Assembly: GCA_030679255.1 (NCBI GenBank)
Contig: JAUXTO010000042.1
Coordinates: 110,714 to 158,781 of the forward strand
Direction of reading: 5' to 3'
DNA from: Candidatus Gottesmanbacteria bacterium
Lineage (GTDB): Bacteria; Patescibacteriota; Microgenomatia; UBA10105; UBA927
Length of the DNA stretch: 48,068 nt
The position numbers and the translations under genes are program-made. The notes under the pieces are model-generated. The model did not search any database. It worked only from the letters and a program-made list of their open reading frames with translations, and was not told the DNA's origin. Shown piece after piece: positions 1-8,084 of the stretch (the first letter of the stretch is position 1; each line of letters starts with the position of its first letter).

Positions 1-336
1 GTCGCCCAGAAGATTGCCACTTCCTGGACAAACCTAGGAGTTGCGACGGGCGTACAAATCGTCAATCAAGTAGAACCATTTCAGGTGTTTCTCTCTGCAC
101 AAGCTATTCCACCGGATCCGGATCAATATCCCCTTTGGCATAGCACCCAGACTCCCACGAATATTACGGGGTATGTGAATGTCAAAATAGATAAACTTCT
201 GGAAGACGGGAGAAGAGAACAGGATATTGAGAAGCGCAAGAAAATATATTTCGATTTTGCCAAACGATTGGTTGAGGATGCCCCGGCTCTGTTCCTTTAT
301 TACCCCACGACGTATACGGTGACGCGGAGAAAATAG
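1..336 (+). CDS. ABC transporter substrate-binding protein (SBP family 5-like), C-terminal part
   Basis: Open frame from base 1. The pattern DPDQYPLWHS...NITGYVN..IDKLLEDGRRE.D.EKRK.IY...L.EDAP.LFLY is typical of family-5 SBP C-termini. Confidence 0.75.
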   Translation, partial: VAQKIATSWTNLGVATGVQIVNQVEPFQVFLSAQAIPPDPDQYPLWHSTQTPTNITGYVNVKIDKLLEDGRREQDIEKRKKIYFDFAKRLVEDAPALFLYYPTTYTVTRRK

Positions 337-356
337 GTCTGATATAATTGCTTGAC

Positions 357-443
357 GCCGATGTGGTGAAACTGGTATACACGCTAGCTTCAGGAGCTAG
401 TGACCTTAAACAAGTCGTGGGAGTTCGAGTCTCCCCATCGGCA
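357..443 (+). tRNA. tRNA-Leu(CAG)
   Basis: Acceptor GCCGATG/CATCGGC, anticodon arm CTAGC-TTCAGGA-GCTAG, long variable arm, GTTCGAGT T-loop. Confidence 0.95.
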
Positions 444-447
444 CAAG

Positions 448-502
448 GGGGAGACGAGAAGTTTATCCTGAGCGAAGTCGAAGGAAGTCTCCCATCGGCA
501 CC
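448..502 (+). repeat. REP-like element followed by a duplicated tRNA-Leu 3' end
   Basis: GAGAAGTTTATCCTGAGCGAAGTCGAAGGA, then AGTCTCCCATCGGCACC (486-502), which copies tRNA 428-444 with one C missing. Confidence 0.75.
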
Positions 503-580
503 GAGTCAAACTCGGTAACCACGTTTGACGTGGCACTCCATAGATTAATATCAATAAACACGGTACAATACATATTTGCC

Positions 581-662
581 GCGGACGTGGCGGAACTGGT
601 ATACGCGTACGCTTGAGGTGCGTATCCCGAAAGGGGTGGAGGTTCAATTCCTCTCGTCCGCA
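581..662 (+). tRNA. tRNA-Leu(GAG)
   Basis: Acceptor GCGGACG/CGTCCGC, anticodon arm TACGC-TTGAGGT-GCGTA, variable arm. Confidence 0.95.
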
Positions 663-672
663 CAAAAAATAG

Positions 673-745
673 GGATCCGTAGCTCAGCTGGTAGAGCGTT
701 GCGTTTACATCGCAAATGTCAGAGGTTCGATCCCTCTCGGATCCA
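673..745 (+). tRNA. tRNA-Val(TAC)
   Basis: Acceptor GGATCCG/CGGATCC, anticodon arm TTGCG-TTTACAT-CGCAA. Confidence 0.95.
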
Positions 746-756
746 CTATTTTTTAC

Positions 757-829
757 GCCGAGATAGCCAAGGTAGTCAAGGCGCCTGTCTGAAAAACAGG
801 TTATCTGGGTGCAACTCCTAGTCTCGGCA
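757..829 (+). tRNA. tRNA-Phe(GAA)
   Basis: Acceptor GCCGAGA/TCTCGGC, anticodon arm CCTGT-CTGAAAA-ACAGG; atypical T-loop TGCAACT. Confidence 0.9.
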
Positions 830-911
830 CCGAACAAAATTAAGAAATTTTTTCGGTGTAAACACGATACAATTGCGTTTACGCGGAAAATTTTGTCGAC
901 AAAATTATTCC

Positions 912-983
912 GCGGCGGTAATTCATCGGTAGAATGCTTCCTTGCCAAGGAAGATGTAGCGGGTTCAATTCCCGTCCGCCGCT
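912..983 (+). tRNA. tRNA-Gly(GCC)
   Basis: Acceptor GCGGCGG/CCGCCGC, anticodon arm CTTCC-TTGCCAA-GGAAG. Confidence 0.95.
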
Positions 984-997
984 CAAAATTATTTATT

Positions 998-1068
998 TGG
1001 GGGATCGTCCAATGGTAGGACGACGGACTTTGAATCCGTTAATCTAGGTTCGAATCCTAGTCCCCCAG
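998..1068 (+). tRNA. tRNA-Gln(TTG)
   Basis: Acceptor TGGGGGA/TCCCCCA, anticodon arm ACGGA-CTTTGAA-TCCGT. Confidence 0.95.
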
Positions 1069-1191
1069 CTCAGGTCTCCACACGCCACGCCTCTGAAACT
1101 GTCGCTCGAACAAGTCGCCGAAAGCGACTAAAAGAAAAAACAATGACTATTTCCCTTGACAATGTTTTTAGTATATGTATTAATTAACAGA

Positions 1192-1590
1192 ATGACATCT
1201 TTTCTAAAACTATTATTTGTTTATTTTGTTTTGATTTTTGCACTTGCTGGTTCTGTTTTTGCTCAAACTCCAATTTCTACTATAACAACATCGCCAACTC
1301 CAGTTGTGATCAGTGATTACGCAAAAGATGTTAAAGATGGTGAAAAAGAAACAGCAAATGATGTTGAAGCGCAAAACAACCAAAAAGACGTTGAGGATAA
1401 CGAAGATATCGAGGCTCAGGAAGAAACAGAACCGACAGAACCAGTTGAGGCTATTGAACTGAAGGAAGCAGTGGAGCCGCAGGAAGCTGTAGAAAATGAA
1501 AGTGAAGAAGGAAAAAGTGGCGGGGAAGGAAGCTCTGAGGGGTCAGGTCAAAAATCAGATGAGCAACAATCAACAACAAATGAAAAATAA
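1192..1590 (+). CDS. Secreted acidic low-complexity hypothetical protein
   Basis: Signal-peptide-like N-terminus (…LAGSVFA-QTP), Glu-rich tail, ATG at 1192. Confidence 0.6.
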   Translation: MTSFLKLLFVYFVLIFALAGSVFAQTPISTITTSPTPVVISDYAKDVKDGEKETANDVEAQNNQKDVEDNEDIEAQEETEPTEPVEAIELKEAVEPQEAVENESEEGKSGGEGSSEGSGQKSDEQQSTTNEK

Positions 1591-2176
1591 TCCACAAATA
1601 GTTCCTCCAGTAAACCCAAAGGTGCCGCTTTCTCTAGAAGCGGTCGTTCCAGTTGAAGATGTTCCATCCTCCAAGTCTAAACATGCGCTGTGGTATGTTG
1701 GTGGAGCTATTGTGGTACTCCTCCTCTTTGGTTTGTTCTATACTACGCTACAAAAATCAAAACTGACCCCTCCTCAAAAAGCAGTTGCCCCACAGCCAAC
1801 GTATTCCCTAAAACCGACCCTTGCCCGCAGTAAAGCGCCAGGTATCATTGTCAGTATTGTTACTGCCAAGGGCATAGATCCAAAAACAGGAGAAGCAGTT
1901 AATCCCACAACTACATTTTTAACCACAGAGAAAAGAATCTATGCGGTGACGACGCTTCAAAACGCTAAAGTAGGAACAAAAATTGAGTATGTGCGCTACC
2001 TAAACGATAAATTTCTTGACAATAGAAGCATAACAATTTCAAAACCAAATACCAATAACACGAGTTTTGTTTGGAGTCTCAAGAATTCAACATCTGCTCG
2101 TCTTGTTGGAGAATATAAGGTGAAACTCTATACCAACGGTATTTTTGAAAAGGAAACTTTTTTTACAGTGCGCTAA
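1580..2176 (+). CDS. Single-TM hypothetical protein with a beta-rich C-terminal domain
   Basis: One TM helix, Pro-rich linker, C-terminal G.YKVKLYTNG motif; start overlaps the upstream ORF end. Confidence 0.65.
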   Translation: MKNNPQIVPPVNPKVPLSLEAVVPVEDVPSSKSKHALWYVGGAIVVLLLFGLFYTTLQKSKLTPPQKAVAPQPTYSLKPTLARSKAPGIIVSIVTAKGIDPKTGEAVNPTTTFLTTEKRIYAVTTLQNAKVGTKIEYVRYLNDKFLDNRSITISKPNTNNTSFVWSLKNSTSARLVGEYKVKLYTNGIFEKETFFTVR

Positions 2177-2254
2177 GATACTCTATCTTATGCCTCACGC
2201 ATAAATTCTTTTTCCCTATCAAGTTAAGCGAGTCGAGCTAACACATCGATAATC

Positions 2255-3292
2255 CTAACGGATGGAGTTGCGTACTATCTGAAGCACAAAATCGTCAAGG
2301 GTCATACCATACGCCTGTATACTTGCTGTCATGGCGTCGCGTGGATTCGGATCAAAGCCCGCATTGGCATTAGCTTCCAGGAAATACCACTGATGTATTT
2401 TAGGATTGTACCGTAAATCAAACCGTGCGTAGTCCCGTAGTCCCAACGCATAAAAGGCCCGGATGGCATCCTTTCGTATGCTTCCATCGATATCGTTTCT
2501 TAATTGTTTTGGAGGAGAGATGAAGTGACAACTTTTATAAACCGGTAATTTTTTACTCCATTTTTCATCAAATCCATAGATATTCCATTTGTTTTTAATT
2601 TTTCCTTTAAATGCGATTTCTGCTATCGGCAGCGCATACGTTTTTGACGGTGTTTCGAGCACCGTTACTTGCAATTCTTTCCCTGCGATAAATACTTCGG
2701 CAAGGATTGTCTGATGGTGTTTTCGTCGAAGAGTTGTCACGATTTCTTTAAATCGTGTATACGTCGTCGCTATTGAGTTATCTGTGATACCAATGCTGCA
2801 ATGTTCAAATGCAGGTTTGAGGATGACCGGAAATTTTCCCGGTATCATGCTCCGGCGTAACCGCTGCCCCATGCGGATAATAGAATATTGTGGTGTGGGT
2901 AATCTATTGTGTTCAAAGACTTTTTTTGTTTTCAATTTATTATTTGTTGTTTGTATTGCGCGGAACGATGAACCGGAATAAGGAATATTGAGCCGACCTA
3001 ATATGCGCGCAATCTCGAGTTCCATTTTTTTACTATCCACCAGGTTAAAGACAAAATCTGCCCTGAGGTCTTTGAGAGCAGATAAATCATCCGGTTCCAC
3101 TTTGATGACTTGTACTGTGTAGCCGCGTCTGCGAAATAACCGTTGCATATACTTGACGATATCATCCGTCTGATTATCAACGAGGGCATGCTCACGGCTA
3201 AAATATTCGTTCGTAATGCTTTCCGGTACATAATGGTACAGGAGCGCTACGGTCAGCTTTTTTTTCTTGATAATACGTTTCTTATTTTTCAT
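2255..3292 (-). CDS. D-alanine--D-alanine ligase-like ATP-grasp protein
   Basis: Motifs DFVFNL, IPYSGS, FPVILKP..E.CSIGI, EVFIAGKE, YARFDLR, FLEANAN. Confidence 0.85.
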   Translation of the reverse strand: MKNKKRIIKKKKLTVALLYHYVPESITNEYFSREHALVDNQTDDIVKYMQRLFRRRGYTVQVIKVEPDDLSALKDLRADFVFNLVDSKKMELEIARILGRLNIPYSGSSFRAIQTTNNKLKTKKVFEHNRLPTPQYSIIRMGQRLRRSMIPGKFPVILKPAFEHCSIGITDNSIATTYTRFKEIVTTLRRKHHQTILAEVFIAGKELQVTVLETPSKTYALPIAEIAFKGKIKNKWNIYGFDEKWSKKLPVYKSCHFISPPKQLRNDIDGSIRKDAIRAFYALGLRDYARFDLRYNPKIHQWYFLEANANAGFDPNPRDAMTASIQAYGMTLDDFVLQIVRNSIR

Positions 3293-3399
3293 AGTATATA
3301 ATTGTTCATTCTAGCCCACATTCAGTTATGCAGATATTTTCCTGCTTGTCAACTTCTACTCTCGATTTTGGTACAATAGACTACGAAGAGTTGGAAATA

Positions 3400-3483
3400 G
3401 CCACGGTGGTGAAATGGTATACACGAGGGCCTTAAGAGCCCTTATCCGACTAGGATGTGAGAGTTCGAGTCTCTCCCGTGGCA
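3400..3483 (+). tRNA. tRNA-Leu(TAA)
   Basis: Acceptor GCCACGG/CCGTGGC, anticodon arm AGGGC-CTTAAGA-GCCCT, variable arm. Confidence 0.95.
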
Positions 3484-3487
3484 CAAT

Positions 3488-3799
3488 ATGATACTCAATT
3501 TTTTTCAGCGGGTCTATGCCGTGGTGCAACGAATACCGAGCGGCAATGTTGCAACATACGGCTTAATTGCTGACCTCATTGGCACAAAAGACGCGAGACG
3601 AGTGGGCCACGCTCTTCACGCTAATCCTGATAGCTCCAAGACTCCCTGTCACCGCGTGGTCTTCTCTGATGGCCGGTTAGCTCCGGGATATGCCTTTGGA
3701 GGACCCGAAGAGCAACGCAGAAAGCTTGAATCCGAAGGGGTAAGTTTTCTTCCGAATGATCGCGTGATTCTTTCTTTGCACCTTTGGGATCCCACCTGA
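3488..3799 (+). CDS. MGMT family methylated-DNA--protein-cysteine methyltransferase (DNA-binding domain only)
   Basis: IPSGNVATYG.IA, ARRVG.AL, PCHRVV active-site motif, L..EGV. Confidence 0.85.
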   Translation: MILNFFQRVYAVVQRIPSGNVATYGLIADLIGTKDARRVGHALHANPDSSKTPCHRVVFSDGRLAPGYAFGGPEEQRRKLESEGVSFLPNDRVILSLHLWDPT

Positions 3800-3840
3800 C
3801 GATAGCTCTAAAACCTGATACAATCTAAGTGCTGAAAAGC

Positions 3841-3914
3841 CGGGGTGTGGCGCAATTGGCTAGCGCGCATCGTTTGGGACGATGAGGTTGTGAGTTCAAG
3901 TCTCACCACCCCGA
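3841..3914 (+). tRNA. tRNA-Pro(TGG)
   Basis: Acceptor CGGGGTG/CACCCCG, anticodon arm CATCG-TTTGGGA-CGATG. Confidence 0.95.
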
Positions 3915-3917
3915 CAC

Positions 3918-4358
3918 ATGAAAAAACTAATTGCAATAGCAATTATCCTCGTCGGGATATTTTCTATTTGGTTTTATTCTCGGCATCCTCTTCAAACAAC
4001 GGTAACCGTCCGAAATACGACTTTCATTGTTGATGTCGCCGTCACAGCTAAGGAAAAAGAAGTAGGATTGGGTAATAGAGGCTCACTTACTCCGGACCGG
4101 GGAATGCTTTTTGTGTATGATATCAAGGCGAGATATCCTTTCTGGATGCGTAATATGCACTTTCCGATCGATATTCTCTGGATTGATGACCGGACGATCG
4201 TCGATATATCCAAAAATGTTCCGACTTCAGATAAGCCGTTAAACCAGCTTCCCATTTATCACCCAAATGTTCCCGTAGATAAGATATTGGAAGTCAATGC
4301 GGGCCTCGTGGATGAATACGCTATTACTGTTGGAGATAAGATTGTCATTAAAAATTGA
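3918..4358 (+). CDS. DUF192 family protein
   Basis: GL..R..L..DRGMLFVY, FWMRNM.FPIDILWI, ILEVNAG. Confidence 0.85.
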   Translation: MKKLIAIAIILVGIFSIWFYSRHPLQTTVTVRNTTFIVDVAVTAKEKEVGLGNRGSLTPDRGMLFVYDIKARYPFWMRNMHFPIDILWIDDRTIVDISKNVPTSDKPLNQLPIYHPNVPVDKILEVNAGLVDEYAITVGDKIVIKN

Positions 4359-4364
4359 CTCTAG

Positions 4365-4680
4365 CGCTCCCAGAGGGAATCCCTGCCCGCTAGCGCCTGA
4401 GCCTAGCTCTGGCAGGCGGGGAACCTTCATTTCCTCTTTACCTGCCCGCCGCGCCATTAATAAAAAAGTACGGCTGTATGCGCTCCCGGTGGGAATCGAA
4501 CCCACAACCTACTCTTTAGAAGAGAGTTGCTCTGTCCATTGAGCTACGGGAGCCTATCGGTAATTATACAACGGGTTAAGATTTTCTGCGCGCTTTGGCA
4601 GGCGGGGAAGAGAGGTGCCCCGCCTGCTACACCTCCAGCGTAGCTCTGGCGGGCAGGTCTATCCGTTGAGCTATGGGAGC
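4365..4680 (-). pseudogene. Interrupted outer tRNA-Arg(TCT) with three palindromic insertions, one containing an intact tRNA-Arg(TCT)
   Basis: Joining 4680-4658, 4618-4607, 4440-4421 and 4381-4365 gives GCTCCCA TAGCTCAACGGATAGAGCA CCTCT CTTCTAA AGAGG AAAT GAAGG TTCGATT CCCTC TGGGAGC G, a full cloverleaf. Confidence 0.85.
4481..4553 (-). tRNA. tRNA-Arg(TCT), nested
   Basis: Acceptor GCTCCCG/CGGGAGC, anticodon arm ACTCT-CTTCTAA-AGAGT. Confidence 0.95.
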
Positions 4681-4685
4681 GTAAG

Positions 4686-4756
4686 AGCGGGTGAAGGGAA
4701 TCGGACCCTCGTACCGAGTTTGGAAAACTCGTATTCTACCATTGAATTACACCCGC
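4686..4756 (-). tRNA. tRNA-Gly(TCC)
   Basis: Acceptor GCGGGTG/CACCCGC, anticodon arm CGAGT-TTTCCAA-ACTCG; T-loop TCCGATT. Confidence 0.92.
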
Positions 4757-4796
4757 GATTTCCCTATTATATCGTATGCGCAATACTATGCACCAG

Positions 4797-5855
4797 ATGA
4801 AGCTCTTTTTACTGCTCTTTATATTTCTTCTTGCTCGACCGGCAATTGCCATCTATGATCCGCTTTCCGTCCCGAATAACAAATATGGCATCCATGTGGC
4901 TGATCCTAATGATATATCCAAAGTGAAAGATCTGGTCAACTCGACCCAGGGGGATTGGGGATACGTTACGTTGGTTATACCCGATAACGAACGCCGCGTC
5001 GATGTTTGGCAGCCGGTATTTGAACGCATGAAACGCGATCATCTGATCCCTATTGTGCGACTTGCGACCCATGTAGAAGGTGGCGTGTGGATAAAGCCAT
5101 CACTCACTGACGCTCATGTTTGGGTAAATTTTCTCAAAGAACTCCCGTGGCCAACAAAAAATCGCTATATCATTCTATTTAATGAACCGAACCATGCAAA
5201 AGAATGGGGTGGAACGGTCAGCCCTCATGAATACGCGGATGTTTTTATGGCCTATGCAAACGCCTTGAGACAGGCATCAGAAGACTTTTTTATCCTGCCT
5301 GCCGGTCTGGACGCGTCGGCGCCCAACGGCCGCGATACCATGGATGAGGAATTATTTTTGCGGTGGATGATTATCCAACAACCAGACATTCTCAACGTCA
5401 TGGATGGTTTAACCTCACACTCTTACCCCAACCCGGGATTTTCCGGATCCCCTTATGCGCAAGGTCGGGGAACACTGAGGACATATGAATGGGAACTCAA
5501 GGTTCTTGCCGATCTCGGGTCTACAAAGAGACTTCCGATATTCATTACTGAAACTGGCTGGGCACACAATGGGAATGCAGGAAAACAAACCCGATTGTCA
5601 CCGGACGATGTGAGTCAGTACGTGGAAATTGCTTCAAAGACTGTCTGGAATAACCCCCAGATTGCCGCGGTGACGCCGTTTCTTTTTAGCTATCAAGATG
5701 GCCTCTTTGCTATGTTTTCCTGGCTGCGTTTGACTACACGCGAGCCTTATTCCTTCTACCGATCATATCAACACATTGCTAAAATGAAAGGCGAACCGCT
5801 TACCTATCCAACGAACGACTATCTCGCTCTCATTGCTCACCCGCTTAACCTCTAA
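4797..5855 (+). CDS. Secreted clan GH-A-like glycoside hydrolase
   Basis: Signal peptide, FNEPN acid/base motif, SHSYP, IFITETGW nucleophile motif. Confidence 0.7.
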   Translation: MKLFLLLFIFLLARPAIAIYDPLSVPNNKYGIHVADPNDISKVKDLVNSTQGDWGYVTLVIPDNERRVDVWQPVFERMKRDHLIPIVRLATHVEGGVWIKPSLTDAHVWVNFLKELPWPTKNRYIILFNEPNHAKEWGGTVSPHEYADVFMAYANALRQASEDFFILPAGLDASAPNGRDTMDEELFLRWMIIQQPDILNVMDGLTSHSYPNPGFSGSPYAQGRGTLRTYEWELKVLADLGSTKRLPIFITETGWAHNGNAGKQTRLSPDDVSQYVEIASKTVWNNPQIAAVTPFLFSYQDGLFAMFSWLRLTTREPYSFYRSYQHIAKMKGEPLTYPTNDYLALIAHPLNL

Positions 5856-5882
5856 CACAAAATACGGTATACTACCGATATT

Positions 5883-5977
5883 GGTGATCCCCGCCTGCAA
5901 CGCCTGAGTTTTGCGATGGCGGGCAGGGTAGCATCGTCCATAGGACGACTAGCCTATGGCTAGCAATGGTAGTGCAC
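5883..5977 (+). pseudogene. Duplicated tRNA-His 5' segment interrupted by two palindromic elements
   Basis: GGTGATC[38 nt]GTAGCA[30 nt]CAATGGTAGTGCAC rejoins to the exact first 27 nt of tRNA-His (6292-6318). Confidence 0.85.
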
Positions 5978-5989
5978 TAATTTGAAAAA

Positions 5990-6253
5990 ATGTATTATCT
6001 TTATTTTTTAAAGAGTTTAAAAAATCAAGAAGTATATGTAGGAAGTACCTCTAAACACCCGGAGGTGCGACTACTTGAACACAATAACGGTTCCAATAAG
6101 TGGACTAGACAAAATAGACCGTTAAAGTTAGTCTATTTTGAAAAATATCACTGCAATAAAGATGCAAAGTCTAGAGAATTATTTTATAAATCAGGGGTAG
6201 GAAAAGTTGTAAAAAATATAATAATTGAAGCCTTTGAAAAGATTTCTAAATAA
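5990..6253 (+). CDS. Small GIY-YIG nuclease family protein
   Basis: YYLYFL…YVGST…RLLEHNNG…T…RPLKLVYFE…A..RE…KSG.G. Confidence 0.9.
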   Translation: MYYLYFLKSLKNQEVYVGSTSKHPEVRLLEHNNGSNKWTRQNRPLKLVYFEKYHCNKDAKSRELFYKSGVGKVVKNIIIEAFEKISK

Positions 6254-6257
6254 TATA

Positions 6258-6287
6258 TCGTCCATAGGACGACTAGCCTTTGGCTAG
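6258..6287. repeat. 30-nt double-hairpin repeat (second copy at 5934-5963)
   Basis: TCGTCCATAGGACGA-CTAGCCT(T/A)TGGCTAG occurs as a direct repeat on both sides of the GIY-YIG gene. Confidence 0.85.
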
Positions 6288-6291
6288 CATT

Positions 6292-6364
6292 GGTGATCGT
6301 AGCACAATGGTAGTGCACCAGCTTGTGGAGCTGGGCGTTGCGGGTTCGAATCCCGTCGGTCACC
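6292..6364 (+). tRNA. tRNA-His(GTG)
   Basis: G-1, acceptor GTGATCG/CGGTCAC, C73, anticodon arm CCAGC-TTGTGGA-GCTGG. Confidence 0.95.
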
Positions 6365-6400
6365 CATTCGACAGGCTCAGGGTTTACGACCCAAGACAGT

Positions 6401-6673
6401 ATGGAGTGGTACGTGTATATTCTTCTTTGCGATGAGAAAACTTTTTATGTGGGATTAACCTCTAATTTAAAAGAAAGACTGCATTCTCATAATTCTAAAT
6501 ATAATATCGGTACGAAAAAGTTTTCTCATATTGAGTTGGTCTATTCTGAAAAACATCCCGATCGGAAATCTGCTGAATATCGTGAAAAACAACTCAAACG
6601 CTGGACACACGCAAAGAAGAAAGCATTAGTTGAAGGAAATATCGAATTATTGAAACAACTGAGTAAATCCTGA
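6401..6673 (+). CDS. GIY-YIG nuclease family protein (UPF0213/YhbQ-like)
   Basis: WYVYILLC…FYVGLT.NL.ERL..HN…LVYSE…A..REKQLKRW…KK.AL; flanked by the inverted repeat CATTCGACAGGCTCAGG / CCTGAGCGTGTTGAATG. Confidence 0.9.
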   Translation: MEWYVYILLCDEKTFYVGLTSNLKERLHSHNSKYNIGTKKFSHIELVYSEKHPDRKSAEYREKQLKRWTHAKKKALVEGNIELLKQLSKS

Positions 6674-6716
6674 GCGTGTTGAATGATCGACGGTTAATGG
6701 TGAGCAAAGTCGAACC

Positions 6717-6734
6717 ATCCCGTCGGTCACCCCA
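6717..6734 (+). repeat. tRNA-His 3'-end copy 1
   Basis: ATCCCGTCGGTCACCCCA. Confidence 0.9.
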
Positions 6735-6854
6735 AGAGCTAAGTCGTTAGAGAATTCCAACTTTAAAGTAATATATTTGATTCAAAGCTATATTAAGATC
6801 CTAGCGTGGTTAGCTATTTCATATCAGGTAAGTATGATTTAAAATCAACTTATC

Positions 6855-7760
6855 ATGGTTATTAGCTCGGTATCCGAAGAAAATATATTTTACGAATTGC
6901 TTGATAATACTAAAGATAATATCAAATACGCTTTTGAAAATAATTGGCCATATATTCTACAAGCCACGCGAAATGGATATATGACATATGGCGATACAGA
7001 AACAAAAGTGTATTATACTAAACGATTTCCTAACGTAGAAAGATCGCCTATTGTGATAGTAAATGCACTAGGGAGATACCCTAGAGAATGCATAAGTAAA
7101 CTTGCACTGAATAATCATAAAAATAACATTAATACAATTGTAAAAAACGTTCCTTCTAATAATTTGCAGTGGTGGCTGGAAAATAATTTTACCGAAACAA
7201 CGACACCCTGGAGTCATTATTCGATAAAGGATGATAATACTTTCCCACAATATATTGTTCTTAACGAGACAATACTGCTCAAAGGTTTTAAAGAAGATGT
7301 AAAGTATCAAATCAATCGTTTTCAAAAAAGACCAATCTCTACAATTCAATATTCAGAAAATTATAACAAAGAAGCAATGCGTCTACTTGATGATTTCTCG
7401 ATTTATTCTCAAAATAAAGGAAATGATTATGCTAATGAAGTTAAAAATGGACATTTATTTTTTTTTGATAATTTAATTCAAAAAAGAATCAGGTTTGCAC
7501 ATATTGAAAACGATAGATTAATAGGTTTTTCATTTTTAACTCCTGTGAATAATATAATTTTTTATAATGCTGTTATATGCCAATACGAAAGAAACATTAT
7601 GAAATATTTGGTGTACCAAAGTTTAAAGTTACTAGCAGAGAGAAATATATACAAGTATTTTTGTATGCAGGGTTCAGAAAATGAGGGACAAGACTATTTA
7701 AAAAAACGACTTGGTGCATCAATAGTAATTCAGAAAACACACTTGACTTATTCCCCGTAG
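6855..7760 (+). CDS. AT-rich hypothetical protein, possibly GNAT-fold (DUF2156/FemAB-like)
   Basis: 301-aa ORF. RLIGFSFL and the C-terminal YFCMQGSENEGQDYLKKRLG resemble aminoacyl-transferase GNAT C-termini (weak). Confidence 0.55.
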   Translation: MVISSVSEENIFYELLDNTKDNIKYAFENNWPYILQATRNGYMTYGDTETKVYYTKRFPNVERSPIVIVNALGRYPRECISKLALNNHKNNINTIVKNVPSNNLQWWLENNFTETTTPWSHYSIKDDNTFPQYIVLNETILLKGFKEDVKYQINRFQKRPISTIQYSENYNKEAMRLLDDFSIYSQNKGNDYANEVKNGHLFFFDNLIQKRIRFAHIENDRLIGFSFLTPVNNIIFYNAVICQYERNIMKYLVYQSLKLLAERNIYKYFCMQGSENEGQDYLKKRLGASIVIQKTHLTYSP

Positions 7761-7995
7761 TCATCAATGAGATTATTTAACTACTTTAGGTGCCAGCAGG
7801 TGTAGTCTCTAAAACATTTAGCGATTTATACACAACACTCAACAATACAGCCTCTCTAGAATTCTCCATGAAATACCTTGCTAGGTTGGCATATAGTCCC
7901 GTTGGGGACCCACAGTTCGACAAGCTCACTGTTCAAGTGAGTTTGGCGGAGTGTGAGCGATGGGATGAGAAGTTTATACTGAGCTTGCCGAAGTA

Positions 7996-8014
7996 AATCC
8001 CGTCGGTCACCCCA
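7996..8014 (+). repeat. tRNA-His 3'-end copy 2
   Basis: AATCCCGTCGGTCACCCCA, preceded by the REP-like GAGAAGTTTATACTGAGCTTGCCGAAGTA. Confidence 0.9.
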
Positions 8015-8084
8015 ACCTTTTTAGCTTCAAGTAACTTAATCAAACTATTCTAATCCAAAACTGGACTTGAACTACTTGTCAAAA

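Noticed and set aside
390-1018. ORFs overlapping the tRNA cluster (and similar ORFs at 4239-4800, 6323-6400, 14216-14686, 17383-17793, 21464-21709, 23085-23658)
   Set aside because: They are shadows of tRNA genes and palindromic repeats.
4441-4606. Group I or group II introns at the anticodon splits
   Set aside because: After subtracting the nested tRNA too little sequence remains, and no P/Q/R/S core or domain V is recognisable.
5934-5963. 30-nt repeat as a tRNA-Gln derivative (TCGTCC…TAGGACGA resembles its D arm)
   Set aside because: It fits the general 15-nt hairpin module seen elsewhere and has no acceptor or T arm, so the resemblance may be chance.
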